Below, one piece after another: positions 58,750-64,000 of a DNA stretch of 64,000 nucleotides. The DNA lies in assembly GCA_963816145.1 (NCBI GenBank), contig CAWFJP010000031.1, positions 256,001 to 320,000 of the forward strand, written 5' to 3'. The notes below the pieces were generated by a model. It did not search any database, was not told the DNA's origin, and was given only the letters and a program-made list of their open reading frames with translations. Within the stretch, counting starts at the first letter, position 1. The number at the start of each line of letters is the position of its first letter. Position numbers and translations under genes: made by a program. The DNA comes from an uncultured delta proteobacterium. GTDB taxonomy: Bacteria; Desulfobacterota; Binatia; UBA9968.

Positions 58750-59154
58750 TTGTTGTCAAAGAAAATACTGGTTGTTGAAGATTCTTGTGATCTACGGGAG
58801 CTGCTGGGAAGCGGTCTCGCGTCATTGGGCTGGAACCCCATTCTTGCTGAGAGCGGCCGAGAATCGCTGGCAAAACTTGAGTGTGAAACTCCGAGCGTTA
58901 TTCTCATGGACAAGGGCTTAGGTGATATGAACGGCTTCGAGCTCGCGGCGGTTCTAAAACGGCACCCTGTTTATAAAAGAATCCCGATTCTGGGAACGAC
59001 CGCGTTTCCCGGTTGTCTAGTCCGGCAGCATTGTCTTGCGGCGGGCTGCGATGATTTCATTTCCAAGCCCTTCGGCTTTGCCGCGCTTCATAGGCGACTG
59101 ACGCAGCTAGTATACGGCGAACGATCGAGCACGGCGGTGGCAGCCGGGCTATGA
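58750..59154 (+). CDS. Single-domain response regulator (DivK/CheY-like)
   Basis: ILVVED, ILMD, AAGCDDFISKP; GGAGG RBS. Confidence 0.88.
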   Translation: MLSKKILVVEDSCDLRELLGSGLASLGWNPILAESGRESLAKLECETPSVILMDKGLGDMNGFELAAVLKRHPVYKRIPILGTTAFPGCLVRQHCLAAGCDDFISKPFGFAALHRRLTQLVYGERSSTAVAAGL

Positions 59155-59264
59155 CATTGCCGTCGAATCGCGGACGTAGCTTCAAGGGAATCTGACCGCT
59201 GGTTAAATCGTTATTGACGAGCGTCAGGACCGCGTGGAATCCATCGGCAATTTTTTTTTAAGCT

Positions 59265-59280
59265 CGTTCAATACTAGACA
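59265..59280 (+). promoter_or_regulatory. Crp/Fnr-type palindrome, site 9
   Basis: CGTTCAATACTAGACA; TACACG at the expected -10 position (59302). Confidence 0.7.
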
Positions 59281-59364
59281 GAAACCGTTTGCTACTCAGC
59301 GTACACGTACCGGGCCAGACTCGATAGTCATCATCAGGATGAGTACGTCTGGTTCGGAGGAGAT

Positions 59365-59835
59365 ATGCTGACTTCGAGGAAAATACTGATTGTCGAAGAT
59401 CGCGGTGATCTTCTCGATCTTTTAGGCGAAGCGCTAGGCCTCTTGGGGTGGGAGACCATCCTTGCCGAGAGTGGCCGCGAAGCAATGAACAAACTTGAGG
59501 ACGACTTGCCCAGCGTCGTTTTTTTGGACTTGGGAACGCCTCTGATGAACGGCATCGAGTTGGCAGCCTCTCTCAAAGCGCATCCTGTCTATAAAGATAT
59601 ACCGATTCTTGCGGCGAGTGGCCGTTCCGGCGAACTGATCCGCAAGCTCTGCCTTGCGGCAGGCTGTGACGATTTCATATCTAAGCCGCTCGTGTTTGCC
59701 GAGCTGGAAATGCGTCTTAACAGTCTATGGTTCTTGGAGAGACGAAAAATAATTTGCGCAGGCGAACCGGTGAATTTGGCATCTGATGGCTGGAAACTAA
59801 ATGCGCGCGGCGGCAGTCGTCGCAAAGTCGCTTAG
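59365..59835 (+). CDS. Single-domain response regulator, paralog of 58750-59154
   Basis: ILIVED, VFLD, AAGCDDFISKP. Confidence 0.88.
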   Translation: MLTSRKILIVEDRGDLLDLLGEALGLLGWETILAESGREAMNKLEDDLPSVVFLDLGTPLMNGIELAASLKAHPVYKDIPILAASGRSGELIRKLCLAAGCDDFISKPLVFAELEMRLNSLWFLERRKIICAGEPVNLASDGWKLNARGGSRRKVA

Positions 59836-59903
59836 TTATCGGCGTCAGGCGCGGATGGTAACAGAAACATCATTATGTTTCTGTTCTGAAGGGAGAACGC
59901 GGC

Positions 59904-60098
59904 ATGAAACTCAATCATAACCGTAACCGGATCAATACCACCGTGGGCGATCTCATAGCGGCGATCACCGATGCCGCCTTGGAATGCACCGATAATACCA
60001 AGGATGCCTACCGTCTGGCCAGCGTAGTTCTGGTGGAGATTTTGAAAAACGCTCCCCTCAGCGCCGATATCGTCGATCCGCCTTTCTATTGGCATTGA
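59904..60098 (+). CDS. Small hypothetical protein
   Basis: GGGAG RBS; TTVGDLIAAITDAA....AYRLASVVL. Confidence 0.6.
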   Translation: MKLNHNRNRINTTVGDLIAAITDAALECTDNTKDAYRLASVVLVEILKNAPLSADIVDPPFYWH

Positions 60099-60268
60099 AT
60101 ACGGCTCGAAATGACATCGGGATATCTGGCCGGATGTCGCGCGCCTGGTTGGCTCGTTCTTCTTGTTGTTGCCGTTACTAAGGCTTCGACGGCGGCTGCA
60201 CTCTGCTCTGCGGGCTAAGGTCTTTACGCGATGCGTTCTTATGTATATAGCCATTCCTAGGCCGTGCC

Positions 60269-61318
60269 ATGAGGATCGCTCAGATCACCAGTGTTTACAT
60301 CTCGGTCCCGCCGAAGACGCATGGAGGCACCGAGCGTGTCGTCTATAATCTCTGCCAGCAGCTCAGCCGGCGCGGACATCAGGTGGAACTTTTTGCTTCC
60401 GGGGACTCGAAGGTTGACTGCACCCTCCAGTCTGTTTTGCCGATCGCCTGTCAGGATGATCCCCATTCGACCTTTTATCTCGAAAAGGAGTTTGAGACAC
60501 GCCACACTTATGACCTTTATCGGCAAGCCGAACGCTTCGAATTAATTCATGCTCACTGGCCGACACTGGCTCCGTATTTTTCGGTGTTTACCAAAACCCC
60601 CACACTGGTCACCTATGGTTATATCGAAAAGGAACTGCACGAATATTATCGAACCCACTTTCCGCAATGCCTTCCGGTATGTGTAAGCCAGGCGCAGAGA
60701 AAAATGTTAGGGGACGAATCGATTCCGGTGGTTTATAACGGCATCGATATGGATGAGATCGGGTTTAACGACAAGCCGGAAGATTTCTTCATCATCGTTG
60801 GCCGCATGACGCCAGGCAAAGGTATTGCCGAGGCAATCCGAATTATTAAAAAGGCTGGAGCGAAGCTGCTCATTGTCGGCCATGTCACGACTCACCTGCC
60901 GTGGAGCGAGGAGTATTTTCTCAAGGAGGTTAAGCCTCATATTGACGGAGATAAGATCCGCTACATCGAGCGGTTGCCCTATCACGAAATCGTCCAACTG
61001 ATGAGCCAGGCCAAAGGGTTTCTTTTCCCACTGCAGTGGGATGAGCCTTTCGGCATGGTCGTCGTCGAAGCCATGGCTGCGGGAACGCCGGTAGTGGCGT
61101 ACCCGCGAGGCTCCATGCCGGAGTTGATCAAGCATGGTGAGACCGGCTATTTGCTCGACATCGAGGATGAGATGGTTGATACGCTCGATCGCATCGACAC
61201 GTTGGATCGCGCCCGCTGCCGGAACTGGGTCGAGGAGCGTTTCTCGGTGGAGCGGATGGTCGATGGCTATGAAAGACTTTATCGGATGGCCGCGAGCGAC
61301 GGTCGGGGCGCGACCTAA
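60269..61318 (+). CDS. GT4 glycosyltransferase
   Basis: VPPK.HGGTERVV, LFASGDS, WDEPFGMVVVEAMAAGTPV. Confidence 0.93.
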   Translation: MRIAQITSVYISVPPKTHGGTERVVYNLCQQLSRRGHQVELFASGDSKVDCTLQSVLPIACQDDPHSTFYLEKEFETRHTYDLYRQAERFELIHAHWPTLAPYFSVFTKTPTLVTYGYIEKELHEYYRTHFPQCLPVCVSQAQRKMLGDESIPVVYNGIDMDEIGFNDKPEDFFIIVGRMTPGKGIAEAIRIIKKAGAKLLIVGHVTTHLPWSEEYFLKEVKPHIDGDKIRYIERLPYHEIVQLMSQAKGFLFPLQWDEPFGMVVVEAMAAGTPVVAYPRGSMPELIKHGETGYLLDIEDEMVDTLDRIDTLDRARCRNWVEERFSVERMVDGYERLYRMAASDGRGAT

Positions 61319-61333
61319 GGTCGACGGCAATTA

Positions 61334-62329
61334 ATGGCCGGTGAAAAGTGGAACCTTGAACGACTGCAAAGCGAGAGCAGCTATTGGCGCACGTGCCTGC
61401 TGATCACTGCGGCTCATCTTGATGTGTTCGGTTGGATTGGCAAGTGTGAAAAAACTTCCAGGGCGGCGGCGCGCCATTTCGGTGGGGACTCTGGGGGCTG
61501 GGAGATGTTTCTCAACGCGCTTTGCGGCATGGGCCTGCTGAGAAAACACGGCCAACAATTTGTAAACGCGCGTTTTGCGGCGCGTTACCTTGCCGGGGCC
61601 GAAGCAACTTGCCTTCTGCCCAATTACGATGCTTGGAACAGCTGGGGCGGGCTCGCTTCGGTTCTCACAACCGGAAAAAGACCAAGGATTCAGAAACCAT
61701 TCATTTCGGACCGCGCCCAGGCAAAGCGCTTACTTTGCGCTCTGGATCTCCACGCGCGGCAGATCGCTCCTTATCTGATCGAGAAATTACCTCTGTCCGG
61801 CTGCCGGACTCTGCTGGATGTCGGCGGCGGGCTGGGAACTTTTGCCAGGGCTTTTTGTCGTCATTATCCTCAGCTTCAGGCGACCCTTGTTGAGCATCCC
61901 AATATTTTTCTTCTGGCGCGTCGGGCTATCAGGGACTCGGGTATGGCGAAAAGAGTCCGGGTCATCGGGCTGGATATCTCGCGGGGTGCCCTGCCACGAG
62001 GATTCGATGGCGTATTCGTCTCCAATATCTTACACGCCCATGGGGTCGCGGAAAATCGCGCGCTACTTACTGAACTGCGACACTGTCTAAACCCTGGAGG
62101 GCAGTTGATCCTGCGCGATGTCTTCATGCGTCGGGATCGGACCGCTCCGGAGTGGGCGGCGCTCTTTTCGGTTTCGCTGCTTTTGCACACGCCCAAAGGA
62201 CGTTGTTACACTCTGAAGGAGATTCTCGGATGGTTGAACCAAGCCGGGTTCTCACGTATCAGCAGGCCCTTCCGCAGCAGTCCGCTTCCTTTTGATCCCG
62301 ATTCGATTCTAATAGCGAAGAAGAGCTAG
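61334..62329 (+). CDS. O-methyltransferase family 2 with a dimerisation domain
   Basis: LLDVGGGLG, VSNILH, LNPGGQLILRD. Confidence 0.88.
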   Translation: MAGEKWNLERLQSESSYWRTCLLITAAHLDVFGWIGKCEKTSRAAARHFGGDSGGWEMFLNALCGMGLLRKHGQQFVNARFAARYLAGAEATCLLPNYDAWNSWGGLASVLTTGKRPRIQKPFISDRAQAKRLLCALDLHARQIAPYLIEKLPLSGCRTLLDVGGGLGTFARAFCRHYPQLQATLVEHPNIFLLARRAIRDSGMAKRVRVIGLDISRGALPRGFDGVFVSNILHAHGVAENRALLTELRHCLNPGGQLILRDVFMRRDRTAPEWAALFSVSLLLHTPKGRCYTLKEILGWLNQAGFSRISRPFRSSPLPFDPDSILIAKKS

Positions 62330-62475
62330 AGGCCAGACCGCGGACAGCGCTTACGCGCCTGACAGCATTGCTGAAGATTTTGAACTGAGAAATTCTCAGA
62401 AGTGCAAATGTCGACTGTCACTTTTTCACGATTAAAAACCTGCCTCAAGTTGTTTCAACGCACCGTTGCCGCATC

Positions 62476-62510
62476 TGACTATTTAGTCGAAAGTCTCGAC
62501 GCTTTCGCCG
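62476..62510 (+). promoter_or_regulatory. Tandem enhancer (UAS), CGAC-N6-GTCG x2
   Basis: TGACTATTTAGTCG-N7-CGACGCTTTCGCCG; second unit identical to 54141-54154. Confidence 0.65.
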
Positions 62511-62686
62511 AGCGTTCTTTGATTGGTTTATCTTGACGGTTAAAAAATCTTTCCGAACATCTAGCTTTTTCCTCTGGTCTCTCGGCGGTTTATTGCCACG
62601 GCGGCGAGTTCCAACCACAAATTGGTTTACTATATAAACGGGAACGGCCGTAAGGGCGCCGGTCTTGAAAACAGGGGGGGTGCTTT

Positions 62687-62938
62687 TTGCCTTTGGTTCA
62701 AATCGTATTGGTCCTGATCGTGGTGGGTATTCTCCTCGGGCTGATCAATCGCTACATACCGATGGCGGGATCTATTAAGTCGATGTGGTCAAGTAGTTCC
62801 CAATCAATCGTTGCCTATGGGCAAAGGAAGCAAGTGTTACGCGGCGAAGTACAGAAAGCGTTTGAACGGCTAGGCTACTTTCAGGATCCTGAGCCGAATA
62901 CCGTCGTTGAACTTGGGATTCGAATGAGTCCGAAGTGA
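62687..62938 (+). pseudogene. Chimeric ORF: Thivi_2564-like membrane protein N-terminus fused to a fragment of the 63141 family
   Basis: MPLVQIVLVLIVVGILLGLINRYIPMAGSIKS, then WSSSSQSIVAYGQR matching WSSNPQLIVAYEQR of 63141-63365. Confidence 0.65.
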
Positions 62939-63140
62939 CATTAAGACGGCCCACCGATGAGCGGCTAGTTAACACCATTGGTTTCGACGATTTGGTCGAA
63001 GTGTTCGACGTCGCCGACGAGCATATCGTTTCGGCCCGTTTATCATGCAAATATTGCCTTGCAATCTCCAGCATCTTCCCCGCGTCAAGCTCTGGCACGT
63101 GTTCTGCTCTCTGAATGGATTGGATGCAAAGGAGCTTGTT

Positions 63141-63365
63141 ATGAAGAAAATCATTGAAATCCACGGTCAGCGGGTCGAACTCTACAGCCGAGACGAGGGC
63201 CGCACCTGGTCGAGCAATCCGCAATTAATTGTCGCCTATGAGCAACGCCGGGAGATGTTGCGCTTGGAGATACAACAGAAGTTCGCACGGATAGACGATA
63301 TGCAGGCATCGAAGCGCTACGGCTCCCATGGATTCGAGATGTCAAGCCGAGTGTCTTCATGGTGA
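63141..63365 (+). CDS. Small hypothetical protein
   Basis: AAGGAG RBS; partial paralog at about 62784-62880. Confidence 0.65.
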   Translation: MKKIIEIHGQRVELYSRDEGRTWSSNPQLIVAYEQRREMLRLEIQQKFARIDDMQASKRYGSHGFEMSSRVSSW

Positions 63366-63865
63366 GAAAAAAACGAGAGCGCGTGCCTTCAATGTTTTAA
63401 CCATTGCTATTGTAATTTCGGCGCAACGAGGAATCGGTCACGCAAAGATAAAAGACAACATAATGATCCCTCGGCTATATCGAACGGTGAAATGAGAGTC
63501 GCGAGGTCGTGATCATGAAAATCAATTATTTCAAAATAGCAAACCGTAGTATTGAGGTTCTCGAACAGTCGAACAAGATTAGCTATTGGCAACTCATCGC
63601 TCTTCAGAGCCGAGCTAATGGTTGTTTCTATCAGTTTGATAAACTCCCCCAGATAAGATGGAAGTGGCCGACCGGCACGTGGTTTCAAGAACGGCTGGCC
63701 AAAAATCCCGGGATGCCGTCCTTCCAGCACAGTGACCGAATAGTTACATAGCGCCGAGCAGCGACCATCGTGAAGTGCCGAGCATACGGAATCCTGGAGC
63801 CGGGACTGCGGCATTCATCGACTCGTCGACCGGCGTAGCGGGCAATCGGAAAATATTTTCGCAAT

Positions 63866-63881
63866 TGTCCGCTTTTAGACG
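63866..63881 (+). promoter_or_regulatory. Crp/Fnr-type palindrome, site 10
   Basis: TGTCCGCTTTTAGACG; -10 TATTCT at 63903; AGGAGGA RBS at the window end. Confidence 0.7.
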
Positions 63882-64000
63882 GGAATGCCTCTCGGGCGAG
63901 GCTATTCTCTATTCGAGAGAAACGTTACAGCACCGCCCCGAGAACTCTCGGGCGAAGGCCAAAGCCATTTACTTTACTCGTAGTCACCAAAAAAGGAGGA

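Noticed and set aside
63407-63814. ORFs 63509-63751 (+) and 63407-63814 (-)
   Set aside because: No clear RBS or recognisable motif in an AT-richer stretch; neither can be supported.
25344-63881. TAGACA half site read as a plain sigma70 -35 box
   Set aside because: The gap to the -10 hexamer is 21 nt rather than 16-18, and the left half is also conserved, so an operator fits better.

Overview
GC-rich bacterial chromosomal window. The gene content and repeat style suggest Candidatus Binatia or a related 'deltaproteobacterium'; this is inference only. The first ~25.2 kb holds catabolic and transport genes: Rieske oxygenase 3' end, cyclodeaminase, aldolase, MmgE/PrpD, ABC and MFS transporters, PBP1A and a vapBC pair. 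It also contains a variant-motif (CX8CX2C) radical SAM plus methyltransferase unit, an unannotated probable selenoprotein (UxxC glutaredoxin fused to DinB, with a SECIS-like hairpin) and dispersed 9-nt-periodic repeats. From ~25.3 kb to the end lies a stress/accessory region: FtsH, Lon, Hsp20, CarD, dodecin, an Mla-type ABC system, glycosyltransferases, many small membrane proteins and several deletion scars. Two cis-regulatory codes can be read by eye in this region. (1) Ten copies of a 16-bp palindrome (about YGTYYA-N4-TAGACA); eight have a -10 hexamer exactly at class II (-41.5) CRP-type spacing, and a Crp/Fnr regulator with a non-canonical recognition helix sits in the same region. (2) Three copies of a tandem CGAC-N6-GTCG enhancer 72-73 bp upstream of sigma54-type promoters, near a histidine kinase and sigma54 activator pair. 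No rRNA, tRNA, CRISPR array, integrase or transposase was recognised. All calls were made by eye without database searches.
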